A stretch of DNA of 64,000 bases from assembly GCA_963821525.1 (NCBI GenBank), contig CAWGED010000019.1, forward strand, positions 1,046,096-1,110,095. Direction: 5' to 3'. The notes below the pieces were generated by a model, which saw only the letters and a program-made list of their open reading frames with translations, had not been told where the DNA came from and searched no databases. Numbering within the stretch: the stretch's first letter is position 1; every line of letters begins with the position of its first letter. Origin of the DNA: an uncultured Gemmatimonadales bacterium. Lineage in GTDB: Bacteria; Gemmatimonadota; Gemmatimonadetes; Gemmatimonadales; GWC2-71-9. Positions 10,565 to 21,145 of the stretch are shown here, one piece after another. The position numbers were made by a program, and so were the translations under genes.

Positions 10565-12828
10565 ATGCTTCTAGCCCTCATCGTTGCCCTTCAGGGCCCG
10601 CCGCCGGATTCGGCGGGCCCCGGCTTTTTTGCCACGGCGCCCCGCCTCGAGGCTACCGTCACCATCGACGGGGAGCTGAACGAGCCGGTTTGGTCCCAAG
10701 CCGCCAGGCTCACCGATTTCCATCAATACCAGCCAGTCGACAGCCGGCCCGCCGAGGAAAAAACGGTCGTGCTGGTGTGGTACGCCCCCAACGCGATTCA
10801 CTTCGGCATCATCGCCTACGAGAGCCAACCCGGCGCCATCAGAGCCACGGTGGCCGATCGGGACAACCTCGACGCGGACGATCGAGTCACCATCTACCTC
10901 GACACATTCGATGACCGCCGGCGGGCCTTCTTCTTCACGGTAAACCCGCTGGGCTCGCAAGAAGATGGAGTCAGGACGGAGGGCGGCTTTGCGGCGGGAA
11001 GCCTGGTGGGTGGTACTACCGACAAGAACCCGGATTACATCTGGGAATCGAAGGGCCGTCTGACCGATTCCGGCTATGTGGTGGAGGTCAGGATTCCCTT
11101 CAAGAGCCTGCGCTACCCGGGAACGGAGCACAACGCTGGGGGATCAACGTGGTCCGGAAGATCCAGCGCACCGGCTACGAAGACACCTGGACCGATACCC
11201 GGCGGGCCAACGCGAGTTTCCTGGTGCAGTCCGGCCTTCTCGACGGCCTGCACGACCTGCAGAGCGGGATCACCACGGAGTTCCAGCCGGTGGTGACCGC
11301 GGCGGCAAACGGCGCACCCACACCCACGGGATACGACCGGGAGAATCTCGATCCGAGCTTCGGGGCCAATCTTCGCCTGGGACTCACCAGCAACCTGTCG
11401 GTAGACGCCACTTACAATCCCGATTTCAGCCAGATCGAATCGGACGTGAGTCTGGTGACGGTAAACGAGCGCTTCGCGCTGTTCTTCCCGGAGAAGCGCC
11501 CCTTCTTCCTCGAAGGGATCGAGCTGTTCTCCACCAACAACCAGCTGGTCTACACCAGGCAAATCGTCGACCCGATCGCGGGCGGCAAAGTCACCTCGAA
11601 GATCGGGGCGAACAACATCGCTCTGCTCACGGCGGTGGACGAGGCAAACTCACCCGACTCCTGGTTCAACATCGCGCGAGTCCGGCGGGACGTCGGCGCC
11701 AACTCGACGGTCGGCGTCACAGGAACCTCGAAGGATGCCAGCGGGACCTACAACCGGGTGGTCGCCGGAGATGCGCGGATCGTTTTCGGGAAGCTGTACT
11801 TCGTGGCCGGCCAGGCGGGCGGCTCCTGGACTCGGGACAGTGCCACTGGAGACTCCCGTTCCAGCCCGATCCTGGAGGCCGAGTTCGACCGTACCGGGAG
11901 GTCCTGGGGATTCAACTACAAGGTCACGGGTATCGGGCCTGACTTCGAGTCTCAGGCGGGCTTCGTCCCCCGCAACGACATCGTTCAAGCCCACGCATTC
12001 AACCGGTTCTCGATCTACGGCTCAAAGGGCGCATTCCTCGAGACGGCAAACTTCTTCGGGGGGCCCTTCTACACCTGGGTCTACGGCGACTTTCTGCAGC
12101 GTGGAGCCCTCGAGGGCCTCTGGCAGGCCGATGCCGACTTCACGCTTCGTGGTGGCTGGAGCTGGGACAACCATGGCGAGGTGGGGTTCACCAATTTCGA
12201 GCCTGGGGCGTATAACGGCTACGAGGTGGACCAAGGTGGGGTCCTCGTCCCCTACGATGCCCCAACTGGCGTGGACAACTGGGTCTTGCAGACCGGCGTG
12301 AGTACGCCGACCTGGCAAAAGCTGGATGCCACGCTCACGATCAGGCGAAGCCAGGTGCCAATTTTTGCGGAAGGAGCGGAGGGGAATGAGACCCGGGTCA
12401 CCGGCAGTCTCGACCTCCGGCCGACCGGCTCGATCAGAATTTCCGGCTCCAACACCTACTCCAGGATCACTCGCCGCCGGAATGATTCCGAATTCGCCCG
12501 GACCATCATTCCCCGGCTCAAGGTCGAGTACCAGCCTATGCGCGCCCTGTTCTTCCGCGCCGTCGGCGAGTACGTCGCCCAGCGCCGCGCCCCGTTGGAG
12601 GACGCCGATAACGGGGATCCTCTGGTGATCAACGGCCAGACGCAGCCTTTCCAGGAAGCGAACGGGTTGCGCATGGACTTCCTGGCGTCCTTGGAGCCCT
12701 CGCCGGGGACCGTCGCCTTCCTGGGCTATGGCAGCTCGCTCGACGACACCTCCGCATTCAACTTTTCGGAGATGAGCCGAGCGAGCGACGGGTTCTTCGT
12801 GAAGCTGGCGTATCAGTTCCGGTGGTAG
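10565..12828 (+). CDS. CBM9-like/DUF5916 outer-membrane protein; one frameshift near 11130, probably a sequencing error
   Basis: 'IDGEL.EPVW', 'EVRIPFKSLRY' in ORF 10565; 'NPDFSQIESD', 'FFPEKRPFFLEG', 'FFVKLAYQFRW' in ORF 11149. Confidence 0.8.
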
Positions 12829-12834
12829 CCAGGG

Positions 12835-13061
12835 TTATCCCGGCTCCAGCTCCACGCTGGCTCGTCCATCCTCTCCGTAGCGCACCGTCACCAGCCAGGG
12901 CCTGCAACACACCTCGCAGTCTTCGACGTACTGCTTGTTCAGGACCCCCGCCCGGATCCAATCCGATCACGACCTGTTCGCCGCAGTGGGGGCATGTGAC
13001 CACCGCGTCCTGATCGGCAGACTCCTCCTCCAGAAACTCATCCTCGTTCGTCGAGGCTCAT
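12835..13061 (-). CDS. CPXCG-motif cysteine-rich small protein (frameshifted in this sequence)
   Basis: 'VTCPHCGE..DPGGG' joins, in another frame, 'QYVEDCEVCCRPWLVTV...LEPG*'. Confidence 0.8.
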
Positions 13062-14987
13062 CAGACAGGACCTCCGAGCAATTCTTCCACCGCGCGCCAG
13101 GCCTGATCAATGGCCGAATTGGTGTAGGCGAACGCGCCGGCATCGGCGTTGGCGATCGTGATGCGGCCGAACTGGCCGGCGTCCCACGACGCACGGCTCC
13201 TCTCCCTCGGCCCATGGCCCGTCCCACAGCGAGTTGTACTCGTAAGTGTAGCCGTGCGGCCAGCGATTGACCGTGATGGCAGTGATGTCTCTGGCCGGAT
13301 CGAAGCCCGCGGGACCAAACATCCGGCCCAACTGGTCTCTTACAGCGCGCTCGAAGGTCTCGAACGGGGTTTGAAGTAGTTCTTCGCGTCCTGCTCGATG
13401 CTGAACTCGCGAGGGCGAACCGGGTTTGCAGGGAGTGCGCACCATTTTCACCACCGCCGGGGCATCCGGAGTTCGCGGCGCCTGATAGGCTCCCAGATCA
13501 ACCGGGAAATCCAGAAAAGTGTTTACCCAGTAGCTGCCCGGGGCGTAGACATGGGAGACACCGGCTTTCTGAAGTGCTCGCCAGTTGTTGAGCGCGACGT
13601 TGGTATACACCAGCGGCACCTTGGCCCCGTATGCGAGCGCCTGCTTCTGTGTGTCGGACAACTCGGGGCAGAGATAGGGTATCACCATGTTCCAGCAGGC
13701 GAGCACACAGGCTCCGGCTCGCACCGACCTGGCCTTTCCGCCCCGAACATACGTCACCTCGACCTCACGGGCCGAAGCGGGATCGCCCCGATGCTTTACC
13801 CGGATCACTGTGCTGTTGAGCCTTATGCGGGTCGAGTTCGAGGGCTGATCGAGCTTGCCGTACGCGAGGCGGGCGGTCACCACGTCGTCCATCGAATCGC
13901 CGGGCAACGCCTGGGGAACCAGGCGGCGGGCGAGGAGGCGCGCTACTGACGCGTTGCCATCGGGGAAGTGAAAGATGTACGGCTCTTCCTCGTTCATTTC
14001 GAGAAGCGGTGTCCGCCCGATGCCCGGACTCGGCTCATCGCCATCCAGTTTCAGGCCCTCGAAGCCCGGCATCTCCAACCCCCAGCAATCGAGCGCAGGG
14101 ATCGCGTCGATTCCTACACCATAGAGATCGTGGGTCATGGCCTGGAAGAGAGGAATCACGCCTGGGGCCACCTTCACGACATTGAGCAGGAAGTCCCGAT
14201 AGCTCATTCGGGCAAGGCGAGCCTTTTTCTCGGATGAAGTAAGTCCGGGAAAGTGGTTGGCCCGGTTCCCGATTACCCGAAGGATGTCGCGCTTGACCGC
14301 CTCGGTGAGGGGTGCCAGGTCGAGAGTCTTCCGGGAAATATCAGACACGCTGCCCTGCACCACGCGATCAACTCCGAACGTCTCCCGGTCGAAGAAGATG
14401 CCTCTGGTCATCCCGAGCTTCTGATATCGTCCTCGATCGAAAGCGGTATAGAAGCGCTGCAGGTCTATGCCGAGGTCCGACAGGAGCCCGCGGGCCACGG
14501 TGCTGTACTGTGCGGGACTCTCGATGGACTCGGTTCCCCCATAGGAGATGAGAAGGCGGTCACCCACGGTGAACTCGTTCCGCTTCGCGTGGCCGCCGAG
14601 GTCATCATGGTTGTCGAGCAATAGGATCCGCGCTTCTGGTCTGGCCTTGCGATAGAAGTAGGCCGCGGCGAGACCGCTGATCCCGGCGCCGACGACGACC
14701 AGGTCGTAACGTTCGCCGGTGTCCCGGGTCCGGCCGATGGTGGGTTCGAGGGTTCCGTCCCGCAGTTGATGCGCGACTTCGTATGAACCAGGGTGACTTC
14801 CGCGGAGTCCGGTCAGTGCCGGTGGGTAGTAGTCAGGCGCCTGCTCGGGAGCGTAAGTGTCTTCTCCTCCTCGAGTACAACCGAATGGCAGGAGCGCCAT
14901 CCCCGTGGCGATCGCCAGCCCATCGAGAAAGTCCCGGCGGCTGATGTTCCGGTCCATTCCGAGTCGGCGATCGCTCGCGTCGGTCAT
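13061..14987 (-). CDS. Tat-exported FAD-dependent oxidoreductase, spermidine dehydrogenase (SpdH)-like; frameshift near 13170
   Basis: 'SRRDFLDG', 'YYPPALTGLRGSHPGS', GAGISG, 'GGHAKRNEF', 'FHFPDGNAS', 'VNRWPHGY'; C-terminus 'GRITIANADA..AIDQAWRAV' in second frame. Confidence 0.85.
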
Positions 14988-15068
14988 GACAGTTCTCTCT
15001 TGCGGGAGGGTTGCGGTTCCGCGAAGATACGGCTTCCTGCAGACAACTGGCCAGCACTACGAGGAGCC

Positions 15069-16064
15069 ATGCCTCGCTCACGCATCACAGGCACCGGGTT
15101 CGCCGTTCCCGACCGCGTGGTCCGCAACGACGACCTCGCTCAGCTGATGGACACTTCGGACGAATGGATTCGAGTCCGGACCGGAATCCAGGAGCGGCGC
15201 TGGGCCGCGGAGGGGGAGACCGGCTTCGCCCTGGCCCATGAGGCCACGCTGAAGGCGCTGGACATGGCGGGCCGGACAGCAAAGGACATTGAAGCGATCG
15301 TCTACGCTACCTCCACTCCCGACCACTTCATCCCGGGAGGCGGAGTCTTCCTGCAGCGCATGCTGGGAATTCCAACGATCCCGGCACTCGATATCCGGGT
15401 CCAGTGCAGCGGTTTCGTGTACGGACTCTCGGTGGGCGACGCCTGGATTCGCGCGGGAGAATACCAGCGGGTTCTCGTGGTAGGCGCGGAGATTCAGTCC
15501 ACCGGCATGGACGTCAGCACCCGCGGACGCAATACCGCGGTGATTTTTGCGGATGGCGCCGGGGCGGCGATCCTGGAGCCTGCCGAGCGGCCCGAGCAAG
15601 GTTTCCTGGCGTTCGATCTCCGGGCGGATGGCAACTTTGCCGAGGTGCTCTGGGTAGACGGCCCCGGTTCGAGGTATCACCCGCGGGTGTCGGTCGAGCA
15701 CCTGCAAGCAGGGAGGTACTTTCTCCAGATGGACGGCAAGGAGGTTTTTCGCCATGCCGTCACCCGGATGCCGGAGTCAGTCCGCACGGTGCTCCAAAAG
15801 GCCGGACTCGGCACGAACGACGTCTCCCTGCTGATCCCGCACCAGGCGAATCTCCGGATCTCCGAGGCCGTACAGAAGGCACTGGGACTCCGGGAGGACC
15901 AGGTGTACAACAACATCATGCGCTATGGCAATACAACGGCTGCCACGATCCCCATCGGCCTGGACGAGTGCGTCAGGGCCGGCCGGCTGGCCCCGGGAGA
16001 CGTCCTGGTCATGACCGCCTTTGGCTCGGGGTTCACCTGGGGGAGCGCGGTCGCGCGCTGGTGA
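15069..16064 (+). CDS. fabH: 3-oxoacyl-ACP synthase III
   Basis: 'DTSDEWI..RTGI.ERR', 'QCSGF', 'PHQAN', 'YGNT', 'FGSGFTWG'; RBS GAGGAG. Confidence 0.9.
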   Translation: MPRSRITGTGFAVPDRVVRNDDLAQLMDTSDEWIRVRTGIQERRWAAEGETGFALAHEATLKALDMAGRTAKDIEAIVYATSTPDHFIPGGGVFLQRMLGIPTIPALDIRVQCSGFVYGLSVGDAWIRAGEYQRVLVVGAEIQSTGMDVSTRGRNTAVIFADGAGAAILEPAERPEQGFLAFDLRADGNFAEVLWVDGPGSRYHPRVSVEHLQAGRYFLQMDGKEVFRHAVTRMPESVRTVLQKAGLGTNDVSLLIPHQANLRISEAVQKALGLREDQVYNNIMRYGNTTAATIPIGLDECVRAGRLAPGDVLVMTAFGSGFTWGSAVARW

Positions 16065-16119
16065 ATCTTCTCAAGCGCCCGTTCCGTAGTGGAACGAGCC
16101 CCAGATAACGAGTCGAACC

Positions 16120-16413
16120 ATGTATCGAATGATTGCCGGACTGCTGATTGTCGCCGCTGGAATCGCCGGGTACTTCGTCGCGCGGAGCTTCGTGCGGCGC
16201 CGGCTCCGGTTCGTGGATGCCATCTATTCCCCGCTCGCCCCTTGGATCGCCGGAACGTTGGCGGCGCTCTCGATGTGGCCGGTCGCGTTGCTACCGCTGG
16301 TAAGCGGCACCACTGCTGTTGTCTTCGGCCTCGGAGCGGGATTTGGGACCCGCTCGGCGGTTAAAACGCTGAAGCAGGGAGAGGGAGGAGTGATCGTCAG
16401 CCGTCGGTATTAG
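16120..16413 (+). CDS. Small hypothetical membrane protein
   Basis: Clean ORF with 2-3 hydrophobic segments, 'FVRRRLRFVDA'. Confidence 0.7.
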   Translation: MYRMIAGLLIVAAGIAGYFVARSFVRRRLRFVDAIYSPLAPWIAGTLAALSMWPVALLPLVSGTTAVVFGLGAGFGTRSAVKTLKQGEGGVIVSRRY

Positions 16414-16434
16414 GGACCTGGTTATCTTTCCTGC

Positions 16435-16686
16435 ATGCCGAACGTACTCTGCACTCGCTGTGGCCAGGAACGCGACCAGCTTGCCTTCCGACCCTTCCAG
16501 AATGACATCGGGCTCCGGGTTTACGAGCAGATCTGCAATGTCTGCTGGCAGGAGTGGCTCAAGACCCAGCAGCAACTGATCAACCACTACGGACTGAACG
16601 TTCGCGAACCCAAGGCGAAAGAGTTCCTGTTCTCGAACATGGAGAAGTTTCTGTTTGGCGAGGACAGCGTGAAAAGTGAGAACTAA
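16435..16686 (+). CDS. Oxidative damage protection / Fe(II)-trafficking protein (YggX-like)
   Basis: 'LG.RVYEQIC..CWQEWL..Q..LINHYGLN' pattern. Confidence 0.8.
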   Translation: MPNVLCTRCGQERDQLAFRPFQNDIGLRVYEQICNVCWQEWLKTQQQLINHYGLNVREPKAKEFLFSNMEKFLFGEDSVKSEN

Positions 16687-16720
16687 AAGCGTGAAGACGT
16701 GAGAAGTAAGAAGTGAGAAG
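16672..16720. repeat. Degenerate heptamer tandem repeat (~AGTGAGA) between convergent genes
   Basis: GAAAAGTGAGAAC...CGTGAAGACGTGAGAAGTAAGAAGTGAGAAG. Confidence 0.7.
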
Positions 16721-16738
16721 GCTGCGTCATGCTTTCCC

Positions 16739-17716
16739 TCACCAGCTCGTCCCTACCCTCATAATCAAATCGATCCCCGGTCCGCTGGGGTAGAGATCTT
16801 CGGTCAATCCGATCCTCCAATCCCGCCCACCCGACGTGCGGTAGATCCAGCCGAAATCCAAGTCGAGTTCCTCCCGCTCAAGCGCGGTGGCCTCGGCGTC
16901 GTCGTACTGGGGAGAGGCCCAGTAAAGGTTGGCGTAGAGTGACTGCTTTCCCCAGAACCGGTAACGCAGGCCGGAGGTAAGGGCGATAAAGCTCTGATTC
17001 TGAATCTGCTTCAGCGGACCATGGCGGGGAGTGTAGCCCAATCCAAGCTCGCCCTCATAGGTAAGCCGAGGGGTAATCTGCGCGCGAACTGTGGTAAGGA
17101 GGCTCGCCGACACGACACCGCGGCCATATCCGTCCGCCGCCGTCGATGTCGGGAGAGTCACCGACAGGACCGATTGGACCTTGGGACTAAAGCGGTGACC
17201 GGCCCCGATTCGGAGGTCGTTCAGGTGGAAGTTCGAGCTGGAGTATTCGACCCGAGTTCCGTCGGGATAGCGGTAGTGATAGTCGAACTCGTTCTCGGGT
17301 CTCCCTTCCCGCTCCGGAAAACTGATTCCGAAGAGATCGTGATACCAATTCAGGAACCCGTCCAGTCCGCCGGCAAAAACCCCACCGACTGACACATCGG
17401 CCAGGAGGAAATCATAGGGCCCGAGATCCTTCGCGATGCCCAGGCTGAACCGGTAGCTCTCGGCATCGAGCAGAAACGAAGTGTCGGTCGAGAAGCCGAA
17501 GGCGAGTTCTGTCATGCTCGCGTAGTCGAGCCCGACCGCGAGGCGCCACCCGGCTCGTGGCTCTACAAAGGGCTGGAAGTAGATCCCCGAACGGGACTCA
17601 ACGACCGGGTTGTTGGGATGGTATTCGGGAAGGCCCTGGGCCGCGGCTGGCTCGAGGACGAATCCGAGCAGAGTTAAGAAGACGCCAAGGCCGGCGAACC
17701 CGGCCTCACGCCTCAT
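16739..17716 (-). CDS. DUF3187-like outer-membrane beta-barrel protein
   Basis: Signal peptide; 'LLDAE', 'GGLDGFLNWYHDLFG..FPER..RP.N', 'EDL', terminal W. Confidence 0.7.
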   Translation of the reverse strand: MRREAGFAGLGVFLTLLGFVLEPAAAQGLPEYHPNNPVVESRSGIYFQPFVEPRAGWRLAVGLDYASMTELAFGFSTDTSFLLDAESYRFSLGIAKDLGPYDFLLADVSVGGVFAGGLDGFLNWYHDLFGISFPEREGRPENEFDYHYRYPDGTRVEYSSSNFHLNDLRIGAGHRFSPKVQSVLSVTLPTSTAADGYGRGVVSASLLTTVRAQITPRLTYEGELGLGYTPRHGPLKQIQNQSFIALTSGLRYRFWGKQSLYANLYWASPQYDDAEATALEREELDLDFGWIYRTSGGRDWRIGLTEDLYPSGPGIDLIMRVGTSW

Positions 17717-18263
17717 CCAGTGATCTCCAGAGGTACCAGGCGGCGTGAGTGCGAACCGGTCGAAAACGCTCACCGAGCTTTTGGAGAGAGCGTGGGCTTC
17801 GAATCCGGTACAGGTTGAGAGCCGCCCGCTGGATCCCGCCGTCTCCGACGGGCCAGACATCCAGGCGGTTCAAGGAGAAGATCAGGAACATTTCCGCGGT
17901 CCAGGCGCCGATTCCTTTCACCGAAGTCAGGCGTTCCACCACCTCGGCATCGGGCAGTGTTTCGATCCCGTCCAGGCCGCCCGCCGCAGTGAAGCGGGCC
18001 AGCTCACGCAAGTAGACTGTCTTGGCGCGAGAAAGACCGGCCGCTCGAAGGGTTCTCACGTTGGCCTTGGCCAGCCGCTCCGGCTCGACCGGAATCCGAT
18101 CGCGGAGGCGATTCATGATCGCCTCGGCCGCACGGCCGGAGATCTGCTGGGAGATGATGGCATCCGCCAGCGATTCAAACGCCGGCTGTTGTGAAAGCCG
18201 TACGGGTCCATGGCGCTGGCAGAGCCCGGCCATAATGGGACAACTCAAGAGAACGTCACTCAT
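17706..18263 (-). CDS. DNA-3-methyladenine glycosylase II (AlkA/HhH-GPD family)
   Basis: 'IISQQIS', 'GLSRAK', HhH 'VKGIGAWTAEMFL', 'PVGD', 'WYLW'. Confidence 0.9.
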   Translation of the reverse strand: MSDVLLSCPIMAGLCQRHGPVRLSQQPAFESLADAIISQQISGRAAEAIMNRLRDRIPVEPERLAKANVRTLRAAGLSRAKTVYLRELARFTAAGGLDGIETLPDAEVVERLTSVKGIGAWTAEMFLIFSLNRLDVWPVGDGGIQRAALNLYRIRSPRSLQKLGERFRPVRTHAAWYLWRSLDEA

Positions 18264-18330
18264 CGTCGCTCAAGGGTAAACCGGCCCGGTAAGCTAAATG
18301 TGCCGGGGCGTGAGGTACACCGGCGCGCTC

Positions 18331-18360
18331 TTGACACCTTCGGCGAGCGGGGAGTAGACT
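18331..18360 (+). promoter_or_regulatory. Sigma70-type promoter
   Basis: TTGACA (18331-36), 18-nt spacer, TAGACT (18355-60). Confidence 0.75.
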
Positions 18361-18365
18361 GGGTC

Positions 18366-18446
18366 ATGATCGGTCACCTTGCGTTCTTCGGCTTTACCGG
18401 CACCGGCGCGGCGCGAGTCGCGTTCGGCGGGGTAAGCGCACGCTAG
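18366..18446 (+). CDS. Phe-rich attenuator leader peptide MIGHLAFFGFTGTGAARVAFGGVSAR (PheL-like)
   Basis: 26-codon ORF with Phe at codons 7, 8, 10, 20, between the promoter and a terminator upstream of prephenate dehydratase. Confidence 0.8.
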   Translation: MIGHLAFFGFTGTGAARVAFGGVSAR

Positions 18447-18470
18447 GCTGACCTGACCGGACCCCTCGAC

Positions 18471-18505
18471 GCCCCGCCGGCAATCCGGCGGGGCTTTTCG
18501 TTTTT
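18471..18505 (+). terminator. Attenuator terminator
   Basis: Perfect 10-bp stem GCCCCGCCGG-caat-CCGGCGGGGC + TTTTCGTTTTT; competing antiterminator CGGCGGGG at 18425-18432. Confidence 0.9.
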
Positions 18506-18518
18506 ACCGGAGAGAACG

Positions 18519-20221
18519 ATGCGCGTTGCGATCCAGGGCACTCGTGGTTCATTCAGCGAAGCTGCAGCCCGCCAGCAATGGGCCGATGCGGAAGTCGTCG
18601 CCTGCCGCGAAGTGGGAGACGTGGTCAAGGCAGTCCGGGAAGGCCGGGCCGACACCGGATGTCTGGCCATCGAGAATTCGCTGGTCGGCTCGATCACTCC
18701 GACGTATGACCTGCTGCAAGAGGCTTTCGGCGACAGCAAGCTCTATCTGAGCCGGGAGATTCTGCTGCCGGTTCACCACGCGATACTCGGGGTCCGCGAT
18801 GGGAGCCTGGCTCAGATCAGGCGCGTGCTGTCTCACCCGGTCGCCCTGGGCCAGTGCAGATCATGGCTCAGCCAGCACCTCCCCGATGCGGAACTGGTGA
18901 GTTCCTGGGACACAGCCGGCAGTGCAGAGATCGTGGGGCGGGAGAACGATCCCGCTCAAGCGGCGATCTGCGCCGCGCATGCGAGCGACGCCTATGGGCT
19001 CAAGGTGTTCGAAGACCGGATCGAAGACGACCCGACCAACCAGACCAGATTTCTCACTTTCGGCAGCGAACGTCCTCCTACCAGCAACACCGTGCCGCAA
19101 AAGACTTCGCTCATCGTGTGGCTCGATCACCGGCCGGGGATGCTGGCCGCGGCACTCCAGGCCTTCGCCGCACGCGGGGTCAACCTGACATCCCTCCAAT
19201 CCCGGCCGGAGCGATCGGCTCCCTGGACCTATCGTTTCTACTTCGATGTGGAAGGCGCGACGGATGATCCGCGACTGGCCGAAGCCCTCGAAGTCTATCG
19301 AGGCGCTGGCGGCGCGCATCGTGATCCTCGGCACCTACCAGGCGTGGCAGCATGAGGGGAAGACTGCCTCACCGGTGGTGATGGCCCCGCCCCAGCAACG
19401 CCCGAAGCCCAACGTGCCTCTCTTCGACCGGGCGCAGCGCTCGGAAGACACCGTGGTGAGGGTCGGCAGCGTGGAGATCGGATCCGGCCGCCCGGTAATC
19501 ATTGCAGGTCCTTGTTCGGTCGAGAGTGCCGAGATGATTCTCGAGACAGCCAAGGCGGTTGCTTCCGCCGGGGCCGATCTTCTGCGCGGCGGCGCGTTCA
19601 AGCCTCGCACCTCACCATACGACTTTCAGGGACTGGGAACCAAGGGACTCAAGTTCCTCGCTGAGGCGCGGGAACAGACCGGCCTCCCGATCGTTACCGA
19701 AGTGATGAGCTGGGAGGAAGTGCCGCTGGTCGCGCGCTACGCGGACATGCTGCAGATCGGCGCCCGGAACATGCAGAACTTCGCGCTGTTGCGAGCGGCG
19801 GGCAGGAGCGGCCGGCCGATTCTGCTCAAACGAAACGGTGGCGCCACGATCGAGGAGTGGCTCCACGCGGCCGAGTACGTGTTGTCTCACGGCAATGACC
19901 AGGTGGTGCTCTGCGAGCGCGGAATCCGAACCTTCGAGCGGGCTACCCGGCATACCCTCGACCTGAACGCGGTGGCTCTGGTGCGGGAGCGGACCCACTT
20001 GCCGGTCATCGCCGATCCGAGCCATGCGGCGGGGATGCGGTCTATCGTACCCATCGCTTGCCCTGGCGGCTTTGGCTGCGGGCGCTCACGGTGTGATCGT
20101 CGAAGTCCACCCCGATCCGGACCACGCGCTGAGCGACGGCGCCCAGAGCCTGGACCTGACCACGTTTGCTCGATTGGCTGAGAAGATTCGCAGCGGAGAG
20201 CCGCGAACGGCGGGGCTCTGA
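18519..20221 (+). CDS. Apparent fusion: prephenate dehydratase(+ACT) - DAHP synthase type I-beta; indels near 19295 and 20060
   Basis: PDT 'ENSLVGS', 'SHPVALGQC', 'NQTRF', ACT 'LTSLQSRP'; PDT end 'ILGTY' in the same frame as DAHPS 'IAGPCSVES', 'FKPRTSPY', 'GARNMQN', 'DPSH'; 'EVHPDP..ALSDG' in third frame. Confidence 0.8.
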
Positions 20222-21136
20222 CTACGGAGCTCCGATCTTGCCGACGACGGTCATGCGCTTCTTGTCACGCATGATGTCGAGCTTGAAGCTCTCGCTCCCC
20301 TCATAACTCCGGAGAATCCTCAGGAGGTGCGAGGCGTTGGCCGGCTCTCGTCCGTCCACGGCAAGAACCACGTCCCCTCCCCTCAGGCCCAGCTTCGAAT
20401 CAGCCGGTACGCTGATGACGAGGATGCCTTCACTGGTCCCGAAATAGCGACCCAGATCGGGATTGAGCGGCGCCAGCTCGAGATCGGCCAGCGGTGAACC
20501 GAAGGCGAAACGCATCGGCGCATCGGGGTGGATCATTCGCATCGGATAGCGAGGCTGGCTGTCTTCAGGATCGAATCCCCGCATCGCGTCCTGGAACTGA
20601 CGGAAGGATTCGTCACCACCCATCGAATAACCGAAGCCTCCGTCCGGAGTCCGCCACATGATGGTCGGCTCGTCTCCGGTGATGAGGCTGACGGTTTTCC
20701 GTTCCTTCCCCCGGCGGAACTCGACCGCAATCGTGTCATTGGGGTCGAGGCGCGCGGCGAGCTCGGTGAGGCGCAAGCCAGGCGCCGAATCATCGTTGTT
20801 CGCCCGGGCCTGACCGTCGAGCAAGGAGGAGCCGGCCAGCTTCGTGATCACGTCACCCGAGCGAAGGCCGGCCTTGGCCGCCGGCCCGTTGGGCGTGACC
20901 GAGCTGACCAGCGCACCAATCGAATCGGTATCGCGAGCTCGCAGGTTGACCGAGATCCCCAAGCGGGCGCGCCGGCTGGTGAGGACCTGAAATACCGGCC
21001 GGACGTCTCCCTCGACCCGGATGACGCCGGGAGGAATCACTTTGGGTTGAGCAGGGGTATCCTGCGCGACGACAGCCGGAGAAATCAGAAGGCAGGTTGC
21101 CAGGGAAATCAGGGTGCTCCGCATTGCTTCAGCCAT
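20222..21136 (-). CDS. Secreted protein with two PDZ domains, no protease domain
   Basis: Signal peptide; 'RLGISV..V.SVTPNGPAAKAGLRSGDVI', 'LGLRGGDVVLAVDG'. Confidence 0.8.
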   Translation of the reverse strand: MAEAMRSTLISLATCLLISPAVVAQDTPAQPKVIPPGVIRVEGDVRPVFQVLTSRRARLGISVNLRARDTDSIGALVSSVTPNGPAAKAGLRSGDVITKLAGSSLLDGQARANNDDSAPGLRLTELAARLDPNDTIAVEFRRGKERKTVSLITGDEPTIMWRTPDGGFGYSMGGDESFRQFQDAMRGFDPEDSQPRYPMRMIHPDAPMRFAFGSPLADLELAPLNPDLGRYFGTSEGILVISVPADSKLGLRGGDVVLAVDGREPANASHLLRILRSYEGSESFKLDIMRDKKRMTVVGKIGAP

Positions 21137-21145
21137 CGCCACCGA

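Noticed and set aside
10594..10630. Hairpin plus T run resembling a terminator
   Set aside because: Lies within the predicted DUF5916 coding start; it could terminate the exporter operon, but I cannot distinguish this from chance
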